Positions 55,566-64,000 of a DNA stretch of 64,000 bases are shown here, in pieces. Each line of letters begins with the position of its first letter. Within the stretch, counting starts at the first letter, position 1. Origin of the DNA: Elusimicrobiota bacterium. GTDB taxonomy: Bacteria; CG03; SLGR01; JBDRKX01. Below the pieces are notes generated by a model, which had not been told where the DNA came from, searched no databases, and worked only from the letters and a program-made list of their open reading frames with translations. Where the stretch lies: positions 886-64,885 of the forward strand of contig JBDRKX010000057.1 of NCBI GenBank assembly GCA_043813605.1. The letters are read 5' to 3'. The position numbers were made by a program, and so were the translations under genes.

Positions 55566-57238
55566 AATATGCTTTTTAACTCTTCTAGTTTCTCTTTTAT
55601 CGTATCTATTATCTCCGGGGCTTCGAAATCACCCTTTTCAAAATCCAGGGCAGCCTCGTAGTTCTCTATCGCTCTCCTGAAATCTCCTTGTTTTTCAAAG
55701 TTCTCTGCAAGTTTGCTGTATGTGTCCCTGTTCCTTGCTTCTTCATTCAGGGATCTCTCGTAACATCCCGCGGCCCGGGCATGGTCTCCCTCATAGGAAT
55801 AATAATCACCCAGCAGCGCCCATTTATCCGGTTTCTTCAAAAGGACTCCCGAAGTCTCCGGGACACCTATACCGAGTGCGTATTGACAAAATCTTTCGTA
55901 CCTGTCGAACCTCAGTGCATAATCATTTTTATCCGCTTTCCAGTATAGATGATGGTCCCCCGAACTTATCCCGAACTCTGACGGGTTATTACGTAAATAA
56001 GTCCCTTTTTCCAGTGTACAGAATGACTGGCTTGCCAGAACATTATTTATATAAGGGCGTACTTTTTTTAAAAAATCAAGTGTTTCAAAAAAATCCTCTT
56101 CGGTTTCCCCGGGAAATCCGAATACTATGTTTATCTGAGCATTGATCCCGGCTTCATACGTATTTTTCAGCACTTCCACCGCTTCTTCCGGCCGATGTCT
56201 TTTATTCATCTTCTCAAGAACCCGCCCGGAACCCGACTCCACTCCGAAATAAAGCCATTCACATCCCGCAGCATTCATCTTTTTCAGAAGTTCCGGCGTC
56301 ATATCTTTTCTTATCATGGCCTGACCGGCCCATCTGATACTCAATGAATTCTCCAATACAAGTTCGCAGAATTCATCAAGTACTTTCAAACTGCCGTTCA
56401 AAAGCAGTCCGTTAAAATAGAAATAGTCGGTTTCAGGCATTTTATCAATATGATAAGTTATCTGCTCAAAAAGTCTTCTGCCGCTCATTGTCCGGTATTT
56501 CTGCCAGAAAAGGCGTTCATAACAGAAATGACAGTCATTGATACAGCCTCTGCTGTCAAGGATATCTATTCTGCCGGGCTGACTGTACGGCATGGTCCGC
56601 ATGTCTTCTGTAAAATCATCATATTCAGGGAACAGAAGCGCATCCAGGTCACTGACAACCTGCGGATCGCCGCAATCAATGATATCCTTTCCCTCTTTAA
56701 CCAGAAAACCCGGGCATCGCGGTAAGCCCCCTTTATCATTCCCGCCCTCAAGTTTCTCTATCAATTCCGGTAACGCTATATCAGCTTCACCTGTACAAAC
56801 ATAGTCCACATGATCCTGCGCGATAAAATCAAAGGCCATCTGTGCACGGGAAGCTTTGTGCCCCATAAACACGGTTACTATGTCACTATCGGTTTCTTTT
56901 ATCTTCCGCGCCAGTTCAAGACTTATCAGTGTATTCGGCGTATGCGTGGTAAAACATACCATCCCGGGATGCTGACTCGTTATTTTTTTAACATTCTCCT
57001 TAAAAACACTATCTGTAAATAATTGTTCTACAAATGAAGGATTCTCCCATAGGGAATAATAATCTCTGTTATCCCAGTATTTTCTGTATTCTGAACTGCA
57101 CTCATAATACAGAGAATTGTTCATATCGAAAACAGACACTTCATGGCCTTTGTTCCTGAGCAATGTCGAAAAAAAAGCAAGTATATATGGGGGGCAATAG
57201 CGGACCCACCAGGGACATTTAACAAGCGCTATCCTCAT
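55562..57238 (-). CDS. B12-binding domain radical SAM protein fused to C-terminal TPR repeats
   Basis: MGHKASR, TGEAD, LDSRGCINDCHFCY CxxxCxxC. The last about 110 aa show TPR-like helical repeats (YYSYEGDHARAAGCYERSL...YSKLAENFEKQGDFRRAIENYEAAL). Confidence 0.75.
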   Translation of the reverse strand: MRIALVKCPWWVRYCPPYILAFFSTLLRNKGHEVSVFDMNNSLYYECSSEYRKYWDNRDYYSLWENPSFVEQLFTDSVFKENVKKITSQHPGMVCFTTHTPNTLISLELARKIKETDSDIVTVFMGHKASRAQMAFDFIAQDHVDYVCTGEADIALPELIEKLEGGNDKGGLPRCPGFLVKEGKDIIDCGDPQVVSDLDALLFPEYDDFTEDMRTMPYSQPGRIDILDSRGCINDCHFCYERLFWQKYRTMSGRRLFEQITYHIDKMPETDYFYFNGLLLNGSLKVLDEFCELVLENSLSIRWAGQAMIRKDMTPELLKKMNAAGCEWLYFGVESGSGRVLEKMNKRHRPEEAVEVLKNTYEAGINAQINIVFGFPGETEEDFFETLDFLKKVRPYINNVLASQSFCTLEKGTYLRNNPSEFGISSGDHHLYWKADKNDYALRFDRYERFCQYALGIGVPETSGVLLKKPDKWALLGDYYSYEGDHARAAGCYERSLNEEARNRDTYSKLAENFEKQGDFRRAIENYEAALDFEKGDFEAPEIIDTIKEKLEELKSIL

Positions 57239-57270
57239 ATCAGACTTTTAGACATATTACCAAAATCCCG

Positions 57271-58833
57271 TCAGCTGCTGAGAGCTTCCCTTATCTTATT
57301 CAGCATTCCGTAAAGGCTGTAGGGTTTCTTCATCACTGTATAGTTCTTCTTTCGCGCCTCGTTCAAGCGTGCGCTGTCGAAATACCCGGTACAAAGAAGT
57401 ATCTTAAGCTTTGGTTTATGTTCTTTCAATCTATCAATTAATTCAAGGCCGGTGCCGTCCGGCAGAACAATATCACTGAATACCAGGTCCACTGAGCCGG
57501 CTTTCTTAAAGGCGGCATATGCCTCTTTCATAGACCTGGCTTCTATTACCGAATAATTATTCTTTTTAAGTATCTTCTTCACCGCGTCTCTCAATGTATC
57601 CTCATCTTCTATAAGCAGGATGGTCTCTCCCCGGCCTTTTATCCCGTCTGCAGGGATGACTTTTTTTGAACTCTTTTTTTTCTCTACAGAACCTGCAGGA
57701 AAATAGACACTGAATTTAGCGCCTTCTCCCGGAACGGACGATACAGTTAACCACCCGCCATGCTGCTCTATTATAGCTTTGGTAACCGCAAGGCCCAATC
57801 CGGTACCTTTACCCGGTTCTTTAGTCGTAAAAAAAGCGTCAAATATTGCCGGTATTATTTCTTTGCTTATCCCCGTCCCGGTATCCTCTATTGTCAATAC
57901 TGCGAACTCTCCTTCCTTTGAACCGGGAATATCATCGATCATTTCAGGAGTGATCCTTATGTTCTCTGTCTTTATCTTTACTCTGCCGCCATCCGGCATC
58001 GCGTCCCTCGCATTCAGCATCATGTTCATCACTATCTGTTCGACATTGCCCTCATCCGCAGTAACAGTTCCAAGATCCTCATTTAGTTCACATTCGATAA
58101 CTATATCTTCACCGATAAGCCGCCGCAATACATTCAAAATACTGGATAGGGTCTCATTCAGGTTGACCGGTTTCATTTCAACGGCCTGCCTGCGGCTGAA
58201 CACCAGGAGCTCCTTGATAAGGTTTTCCGCAAGTATGGTACAGTACTGAATGCTTTTCATATCCGCATATATATCATCGGACTCATCCAAACTAAGCAGG
58301 ACAGAATCTCCCATCACCTTGATCGAGCTCAATATGTTATTAAAATCATGCGCGATACCTTCAGCCAGTCTCCCGACTGTTTCTATCTTCTGTGATTGTA
58401 TCAATTGATCCATAACCTTACGCTTTTCGACTTCCACTTTTTTCCGTTCGATAGCATACCGGACAGAACGGAACAGCATCTTACTGCTGATATATCCCTT
58501 AACAATATAATCCTGCGCACCTTCACGAAGCGCATTTATCGTCAATTCATCGTCTTCAGTAACTGTTAATATAATAATCGGGAGATCGGGTACGCACTCT
58601 TTTACTTTTCTGAATGTTTCAAGCCCGCTGCTGTCCGGAAGAGACAGATCCAGCAAGACCAGATCAAATCCGCCTTTCTGAAGGATACTTAAACCATCTC
58701 CCAGCTTTTCGCAGCATTCTATTTCAAAAGGATTATTCACAACTTCACCAAGCATGTCCTGAACGAGCATCTGGTGAGCAAGGCTATCTTCTATTATAAT
58801 GATTTTCTGCTTTTCCTTATTCATATATATCAA
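57271..58833 (-). CDS. Hybrid sensor histidine kinase (REC - HisKA - HATPase_c - REC), cytoplasmic
   Basis: N-terminal receiver (IIIIEDSLAHQ...LLDLSLPDSSG). H-box IAHDFNNILSSI. G-box GTGLGLAVTKAI. C-terminal receiver (ILLIEDEDTLRDAV...FSDIVLPDGTG). No TM segment. Confidence 0.8.
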   Translation of the reverse strand: MIYMNKEKQKIIIIEDSLAHQMLVQDMLGEVVNNPFEIECCEKLGDGLSILQKGGFDLVLLDLSLPDSSGLETFRKVKECVPDLPIIILTVTEDDELTINALREGAQDYIVKGYISSKMLFRSVRYAIERKKVEVEKRKVMDQLIQSQKIETVGRLAEGIAHDFNNILSSIKVMGDSVLLSLDESDDIYADMKSIQYCTILAENLIKELLVFSRRQAVEMKPVNLNETLSSILNVLRRLIGEDIVIECELNEDLGTVTADEGNVEQIVMNMMLNARDAMPDGGRVKIKTENIRITPEMIDDIPGSKEGEFAVLTIEDTGTGISKEIIPAIFDAFFTTKEPGKGTGLGLAVTKAIIEQHGGWLTVSSVPGEGAKFSVYFPAGSVEKKKSSKKVIPADGIKGRGETILLIEDEDTLRDAVKKILKKNNYSVIEARSMKEAYAAFKKAGSVDLVFSDIVLPDGTGLELIDRLKEHKPKLKILLCTGYFDSARLNEARKKNYTVMKKPYSLYGMLNKIREALSS

Positions 58834-58881
58834 CCTCCGGCAATATCTCTTTCTTAATATCTTAATGTGAAACCGGCAATT

Positions 58882-60231
58882 TTACAAACTCCTGTTTTCC
58901 CTGCCTTTCCACCGCCATAGAGGGGTAATTGAGCACTGCTTCCATATTTCCAGCTTTTCCATACATAAATATAACAGAATACCTGCATCATGTTTTCGTA
59001 TATGTTTTGCTATTTTTCTGTATATATCCGCCCTGACAGCGTCGGTATATCTTAATTTGCCGTCAAATCCTATTATAAGCTCCTCATCCAGTATATTATT
59101 ATCAGGAAACCTGTTTTCTATGATCTTTTTAAGTTCACGGCGAAATCGCAGTGAACCCAGGCTTATCCACCTTATTCTTTCCTTGTCAATATTATCAAAA
59201 AGATCTCCTATCAACTGCCTGTAATCCTCTTCCCACCCGTCATAGTAGACAACAGGATCGAAATGAAAGGCGACATCAAATCCATGCTGTACACAGCGGG
59301 AAGCGGCCTTAAGGCGGTTTTCCAGAGTTGCAGAATAGAATTCATTATTATCTATAACCGGCTGCGGGTTGAGTGACCATGCCACAACAACGTTATCTGC
59401 TGCCGGAACATCCAGTATATTTTCGATATTATCCGATTTTGTCTTGAATTCGAACACTGTTTCAGGGTGTCTTCTGAAGAACTCTATTATGTGTTTCGAA
59501 TACCCCGTAACGGGATCAAGAGCGAGAGAATCCGTAAACTCTCCGGAACCGATACGCCTTCCCATGCCGGCGTATGCGCCGAGCTTTTCCAGGTATTCCG
59601 CCATGTTCGACTGGATCACTATCCCGGGAGTATTGGTATATTCCTGGAGATAGCAGTATGTACATTCATAAGGACAGCCGAAACCCATATTAAATATGTG
59701 ATAGCCGCAGGAGACACACCCCTGAGTACAGGGACAGGTACGGAAAAAATCGAATTCTTCTTCAATTATAAAAAATGTTTTTCTCCTTTTATTATATGTC
59801 TCCAGCGAATATATATTTTCTTTTATGTATTCCTTGTAACTGCTGATCTCAATATATTCCGATTCTTCATACTTCTGCCGCACATCTTCCAGCAAAATGG
59901 AGTCTGCCGACATGCTGTCATAATAGACTGTTTCAGGATATAATTCAATTTCACTTATATCCGCTTTATTTTCGGGACGTATTGATATATCAGGAAGATA
60001 CGGTTTATATTTTTCGCCGGACAATGAAGTGCGCCGGAACCTCAGAACCAGCAGTCTTTTCTTTATTTCATTGAAAGACATATCCTGAAGTTCAGATGCC
60101 AGGTCCCGCAATGCAATATTGTCTTTTTTTGCGATCTCGTAAAAAAGGCGGGTGATTTCTCTTTTTTTATTTACTCCCAGCCGTACGAAATTCTTTTCAA
60201 CAAAGTCCCTTATTTCTTCAGCCGAGTTCAT
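58882..60231 (-). CDS. Spore-photoproduct-lyase-family (COG1533-like) radical SAM protein with a 170-aa N-terminal extension and an extra Cys cluster
   Basis: GFGCPYECTYCYLQ is the SPL-type CxxxCxxC with the YCYL signature. It is immediately preceded by CPCTQGCVSCGY. A C-terminal SPL-like alpha/beta region. Confidence 0.65.
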   Translation of the reverse strand: MNSAEEIRDFVEKNFVRLGVNKKREITRLFYEIAKKDNIALRDLASELQDMSFNEIKKRLLVLRFRRTSLSGEKYKPYLPDISIRPENKADISEIELYPETVYYDSMSADSILLEDVRQKYEESEYIEISSYKEYIKENIYSLETYNKRRKTFFIIEEEFDFFRTCPCTQGCVSCGYHIFNMGFGCPYECTYCYLQEYTNTPGIVIQSNMAEYLEKLGAYAGMGRRIGSGEFTDSLALDPVTGYSKHIIEFFRRHPETVFEFKTKSDNIENILDVPAADNVVVAWSLNPQPVIDNNEFYSATLENRLKAASRCVQHGFDVAFHFDPVVYYDGWEEDYRQLIGDLFDNIDKERIRWISLGSLRFRRELKKIIENRFPDNNILDEELIIGFDGKLRYTDAVRADIYRKIAKHIRKHDAGILLYLCMEKLEIWKQCSITPLWRWKGRENRSL

Positions 60232-60922
60232 TTACGATAAATCTTACAAGCTTATCAGCCATACTTCTTTTTGCGCCTTTTATCTTTGCTCTCGATTTTA
60301 AGTCAAATTTGTCATAGAAATGAAGTTTTCCTATTACTTCAGCCGCATAAAAAAGCGCCATTGCCTTTATTCCCGAACGGGATGCGGCGGAAAATACAGA
60401 AGATATTTCCATATCCAGACAGTCTATGCCGGCAGAAAGAAGCATATCGGTCTTCTCCTCTTCAAGCACGAGTGACGACACGGTGGCACATGTATATTTC
60501 ATATAACCGGAAGTGTCTACCGAATTTTCGAATTTCTCTACTAATTTACGATCAGGATAATAATAATCATTTTCCGGAAAACCATCCTGTTTTAGAAAAT
60601 CCGCGAAACTTTCCAGGTTCATACTCCTGCTCGGCAATATTTTATCTCCCACGTCTCCTTTTAATGCGCCGCAACTGCCGAATAAAATAAGGTTCTCGCA
60701 ATCTGTCTCTTTCAGCATTATCAGGCAATCGCCTGAAAAACACATATGTTTCAGGTATATAACCGTACATATATCGGAATGCGATATATCAAACAACATC
60801 CCTTTTGCGCCCGGTTTTGCATTAAGGGATTTAAACAAGCCCCTGTCATCCATGGGCAGCATCAGGCAGTTTTTTCTTATATCTTCCCTGTTTGCACCGA
60901 ATATTTTTTTAAAATCCACCAT
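60218..60922 (-). CDS. Purine nucleoside phosphorylase/MTA-SAH nucleosidase family (PNP_UDP_1) protein
   Basis: LILFGSCGALKGDVGDKI phosphate-loop-like motif. C-terminal DMEISSVFSAASRSGIKAMALFYAAEV resembles the MTAN xMExxA substrate motif. 14-nt overlap with the SPL-like rSAM gene. Confidence 0.55.
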   Translation of the reverse strand: MVDFKKIFGANREDIRKNCLMLPMDDRGLFKSLNAKPGAKGMLFDISHSDICTVIYLKHMCFSGDCLIMLKETDCENLILFGSCGALKGDVGDKILPSRSMNLESFADFLKQDGFPENDYYYPDRKLVEKFENSVDTSGYMKYTCATVSSLVLEEEKTDMLLSAGIDCLDMEISSVFSAASRSGIKAMALFYAAEVIGKLHFYDKFDLKSRAKIKGAKRSMADKLVRFIVNELG

Positions 60923-60939
60923 TACGGAATATAGGCCGT

Positions 60940-62751
60940 TTATTTGAAGAGTTTTTTCAGCTTATCGGCTTCTTTTTCGAGCTTTTTCTCCGCCTCTTTT
61001 TTCAGGCTTTCTTCTGCTTCTTTCTTTTTTTGTTCGGCAAGTGCTTCCGCTTCTTTCTTCTTTTTATCAGCCAGGTCTTCCGCTTCTTTTTTTCTGGACG
61101 CTATTTCATCCTCAAGTTCTTTTTTCTTCTGTTCTACGGTTTGCTTCTGAGTATTCAAATACGCCAGTTTCTGCTCTCTTTCTGAACTGATGTCAGATTC
61201 AAGTTTCTTCTTTCTGCCGGTGACTTCTTTATCAAGAAGACCGTTTACCCTGTTTTTTGCTTCTTTCAGTTTTCTGTCGAGTTCCTTTTTTAGCTGGCCG
61301 GAAATAATGCTGTCCAGATTCGAATTCACCGTGAATTCAGGTGCCTCCCGCGAACCGGATACTCCCACCGTAAGCTCTACCAGAGGATCCTCCAGCCTGA
61401 GGTATTCCAGCCAATTATCAGGCAATATACCCCGGCCTTTCCATTTTATACTGGAATCTATGCTGTCTCCCCTGATATCAGCTTTTACATTCAGGATTCC
61501 CGTTGAGCCGGCCAGTTCAAATCCGTCATAATCCAAAGAAACCGATTCTCCCGGCTCATCATGTGCCCTGTCTATGGAGACATCAAGCTTCATGTTCCCG
61601 TATACTGCGGTTATTAGTACCGGTTTTGCCGTTATCCACGGTGTTGTTGTTATGTCCCTGGCGCTGACCCTGTCATTCCCCGTTCCTGCAAGGAGCATCT
61701 CCCTGATATGAAACGGCGGATAGGAATATGCTTTCGGAAATATTACATCCGTTCCTTTCCCACGCTGTTTTTGGGGCTTTTTTTCTTTTTTAGGCGGCAT
61801 GTATTTCCTTATCTTTTCTATCCAGCCGATTGCGGTCCTGCATTTTTCTGTTATCAGCGTTCCAAAAAGTGTATCTGCTATATCTCCGACTTCTATTGAC
61901 GGCAGTTTCAGTTTTTCCATAATAGCCGCATAATCCTGCCGGCGGGCGGATTCTATCTCATCTACACTTCCCTTTATCTGGGCAAAAGAAGCATTTACCT
62001 GCGTAACTTTTGCCCCGGCTTTTTCCCGCAGTTTATCCGCCTCATTGATTGCCCCGGAGGCTTCTTCTATGCGTTTCCGGGCCATATCGATATCCTGGAT
62101 ATTGTTTATTTTAATACCTTTCAGACCGGCTATTTTATCCTGGATCAGCTTAACAGTTTCCCCGGCATCCAGGTCGCTTAAATCACTGTAATCCTTCTTT
62201 AGCCGGGAAAGTGAATCTTCAAGTTTTTTTACAGCTTTGAGGGATTCAAGGTCATCTTTATTAAATGCACTCTCCACATCGATCTTTTCAGTAGCGCGTT
62301 TTTTAACATCTTCGATCCAGGAGGACATCTTCTTTTTCCATTTCTTTTCACGTTCTTCCGGTTCAATTTTTTCTTCCTGCCCCCTTTTTGATTTCTTTGT
62401 GACAAAACCGGAAGAATCTCTCTTTGTATTGAATATTAGCCCTTTTCCTGAAGCCTCTTCAATAACAAGTTTTTTTTCAAGCAGCGCGTTGCCCACAAGG
62501 ACGAGTTTTATTTCTGACACATCCATCAGGTTTTTGTATTCATCTTTTCTGCTTGCCGCCTTGAATCCAGTGATCATTACTGCCGGACCCGACCAATCTA
62601 AATCCACTGCTTCCAATTCGACTTTAGCGCCCCATGCAGCTGTCCCCGCTTTCTCAACTGCCTTTTCAATGATATCGTCAAGAAAGAAAAGACCCGTCAG
62701 TATTACAACCGACAGCAGTATTATAAAAGTAATAAAACCCTTCCACCTCAT
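60940..62751 (-). CDS. AsmA-like membrane-anchored protein with a Lys/Glu-rich coiled-coil C-terminal tail
   Basis: N-terminal TM anchor FITFIILLSVVILTGLFF, then AKVELEAVDLDWSGPAVMITGFKA (AsmA-like N-terminal region). A central coiled coil. A C-terminal low-complexity KKKEAEALAEQKKKEAEESLKKEAEKKLEKEADKLKK. Confidence 0.5.
   Translation of the reverse strand: MRWKGFITFIILLSVVILTGLFFLDDIIEKAVEKAGTAAWGAKVELEAVDLDWSGPAVMITGFKAASRKDEYKNLMDVSEIKLVLVGNALLEKKLVIEEASGKGLIFNTKRDSSGFVTKKSKRGQEEKIEPEEREKKWKKKMSSWIEDVKKRATEKIDVESAFNKDDLESLKAVKKLEDSLSRLKKDYSDLSDLDAGETVKLIQDKIAGLKGIKINNIQDIDMARKRIEEASGAINEADKLREKAGAKVTQVNASFAQIKGSVDEIESARRQDYAAIMEKLKLPSIEVGDIADTLFGTLITEKCRTAIGWIEKIRKYMPPKKEKKPQKQRGKGTDVIFPKAYSYPPFHIREMLLAGTGNDRVSARDITTTPWITAKPVLITAVYGNMKLDVSIDRAHDEPGESVSLDYDGFELAGSTGILNVKADIRGDSIDSSIKWKGRGILPDNWLEYLRLEDPLVELTVGVSGSREAPEFTVNSNLDSIISGQLKKELDRKLKEAKNRVNGLLDKEVTGRKKKLESDISSEREQKLAYLNTQKQTVEQKKKELEDEIASRKKEAEDLADKKKKEAEALAEQKKKEAEESLKKEAEKKLEKEADKLKKLFK
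60944..61150. repeat. Imperfect short tandem repeats encoding the K/E-rich tail (low complexity)
   Basis: Reiterated GCTTCTTTCTTTTT / TTCCGCTTCTTT units on the plus strand. Confidence 0.5.
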
Positions 62752-63260
62752 GATTTAAACCTTGTGTATATACTGTATAGTTTTGAGGCTTTTAGTATTT
62801 TAATTATTTTCAGCTTTTCGACCTTCTGATGTAAGCTGTTCCTGTATATAAGAACAAATCTGACCGAAAACAGGTATAAAGGAACTGCCGCGGCCACAGA
62901 GATAACCAGGGAACCGAGGACAATAGTATTATTGAACCTTGTTAAAGGGATAACAGGTATATTGTACGCAGTTGTCCAGAAAGCATTGAGCCCTTCCGAC
63001 AAGAGCAGTCTGCTGCCTATGGCATGGGCGGCGGGATCGAGCGCCAATCCTGCAATTGAAAACAATAATGAAGAAAAAACCGCTGCAGAAACGTTTACTT
63101 TCAGGATTATTATCAGCAGGATCACAAAAATATTATGAAGCGCAAAGACCGGTGTCAGCCCTATTACGGAACCCAGTACTACACCCAGTGCGATCTCGGA
63201 AGGCGATGCATTCGCATTCAGGGCCTTAAACAGTTTTTTTATCAGTTTTATCCAGATCAT
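62748..63260 (-). CDS. DUF2062-like small membrane protein
   Basis: PSEIALGVVLGSVIGLTPVFALHNIFVILLIIILKVNVSAA matches the DUF2062 signature. 4 TM helices. 4-nt overlap with the upstream gene. Confidence 0.55.
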   Translation of the reverse strand: MIWIKLIKKLFKALNANASPSEIALGVVLGSVIGLTPVFALHNIFVILLIIILKVNVSAAVFSSLLFSIAGLALDPAAHAIGSRLLLSEGLNAFWTTAYNIPVIPLTRFNNTIVLGSLVISVAAAVPLYLFSVRFVLIYRNSLHQKVEKLKIIKILKASKLYSIYTRFKS

Positions 63261-63285
63261 TGTTCTGAAGTTTTATTCTATTATT

Positions 63286-63675
63286 TTACTTTTTTAAAGT
63301 CAATTGCTCTACGACTTCCGCCGGAAGCCTGCAGGGCCTGAGCTTTTCATTGATCGAAACGAGACGCGTTGCTCCCCTGACTATCTGTCTGCCGGATTCT
63401 TTTTCTCTTATATCGTACCCGAAATCCATTTTTACCCCGGAAATATTTTCCAGTTCGGTCTCAATAGTAAGGATATCTCCATATCTACCCGGTGATATAT
63501 AATCGATTTGGGCATGTTTTACGATAAACTGTACCCCGGCCTCCTTGAGGCTCTTTACGCAAATCCCCCTTGATTCCAGCCATTCTGTCCTGGCCATTTC
63601 AAAATAATCAAGATAATTAGCGTAATAAACGACCCCCCCGCAGTCTGTATCCCTGTAATAGATCTTTATTTCCAT
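63286..63675 (-). CDS. Hotdog-fold acyl-CoA thioesterase (YbgC/4HBT family)
   Basis: MEIKIYYRDTDCGGVVYYANYLDYFEMARTEWL is the classical 4HBT N-terminus with the catalytic Asp. Start trimmed to MEIKIY. Confidence 0.75.
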   Translation of the reverse strand: MEIKIYYRDTDCGGVVYYANYLDYFEMARTEWLESRGICVKSLKEAGVQFIVKHAQIDYISPGRYGDILTIETELENISGVKMDFGYDIREKESGRQIVRGATRLVSINEKLRPCRLPAEVVEQLTLKK

Positions 63676-63778
63676 ATATTCTCCGAATTTCCTTTCCAAT
63701 CATGTATATTTTTAGCAGTTTGTCAGGTATATTGTCAATAAATTGAAAATTTAGATTGTTTTTTGTAATATATGCACT

Positions 63779-64000
63779 ATGAAAATAAAAGTCAAAAGGA
63801 TCAGGGAAATAGATTTCCCGGGCTATCAACACCCGGGAGATAGCGGTATCGATCTTATAAATGCCTATGAAGACACGCTTATAGAGGCGGGGGAAAGGAA
63901 ACTTATCCCGACCGGCATTATTGTTGCCATTCCCGAAGGATACGAGATACAGCTCCGCTCCAGAAGCGGGTTGGCTATAAAGAAGGGTGTCATGGTACTC
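63779..64000 (+). CDS. dut: dUTP diphosphatase (N-terminal 74 aa; the gene runs off the window end)
   Basis: MKIKVKRIREIDFPGYQHPGDSGIDLINA...LIPTGIIVAIPEGYEIQLRSRSGLAIKKGV shows dUTPase motifs I-III. Confidence 0.8.
   Translation, partial: MKIKVKRIREIDFPGYQHPGDSGIDLINAYEDTLIEAGERKLIPTGIIVAIPEGYEIQLRSRSGLAIKKGVMVL

Noticed and set aside
1-64000. Search for RiPP precursor peptides, tRNA/rRNA genes and CRISPR arrays
   Set aside because: No short Gly/Cys/Ser-rich ORF with an RBS was found next to any of the three SPASM-like rSAMs. No cloverleaf-like or rRNA-like conserved stretches and no spacer-repeat arrays were seen. Absence is by eye only.

Overview
This is an AT-rich bacterial window with about 56 genes, almost all on the minus strand. 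Positions 1 to about 32.1 kb form one co-directional minus-strand block with many 1-8 nt gaps or 4-nt start/stop overlaps. The content looks like a cell-envelope glycoconjugate or lipid-linked sugar island. It carries three GT2 polyprenyl-phosphate-sugar-synthase-like enzymes, two GT4 and one GT9 glycosyltransferase, a GT-C ArnT/PMT-like membrane transferase, a DegT-family sugar aminotransferase, a TylCIII-like sugar C-methyltransferase, RmlD- and RmlC-like enzymes, an NAD-dependent epimerase/dehydratase and a polysaccharide deacetylase. Its most unusual property is the density of radical SAM enzymes: fourteen CxxxCxxC proteins in 64 kb. Ten have an N-terminal cobalamin-binding domain and fall into two paralogous subfamilies, three have SPASM- or twitch-like C-terminal cysteine clusters, and one is spore-photoproduct-lyase-like. 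Four tandem paralogs of a polytopic membrane protein with a C-terminal YVTN/PQQ-like beta-propeller are interleaved with B12-rSAM genes. Four subfamily-A B12-rSAMs surround a NitT/TauT-type ABC importer. The island also holds an embedded regulatory block (sensor kinase, a triple-receiver GGDEF protein with a GGDDF motif, an OmpR regulator and a receiver-only protein), an HprK-related P-loop kinase, two secreted ankyrin-repeat proteins, an IS110-family insertion, a decayed methyltransferase fragment, and a nucleoside-phosphorylase-family nucleosidase fused in an operon with the SPL-like rSAM. I found no rRNA, tRNA or CRISPR. All functional calls rest on motifs read directly from the translations; no database searches were run.
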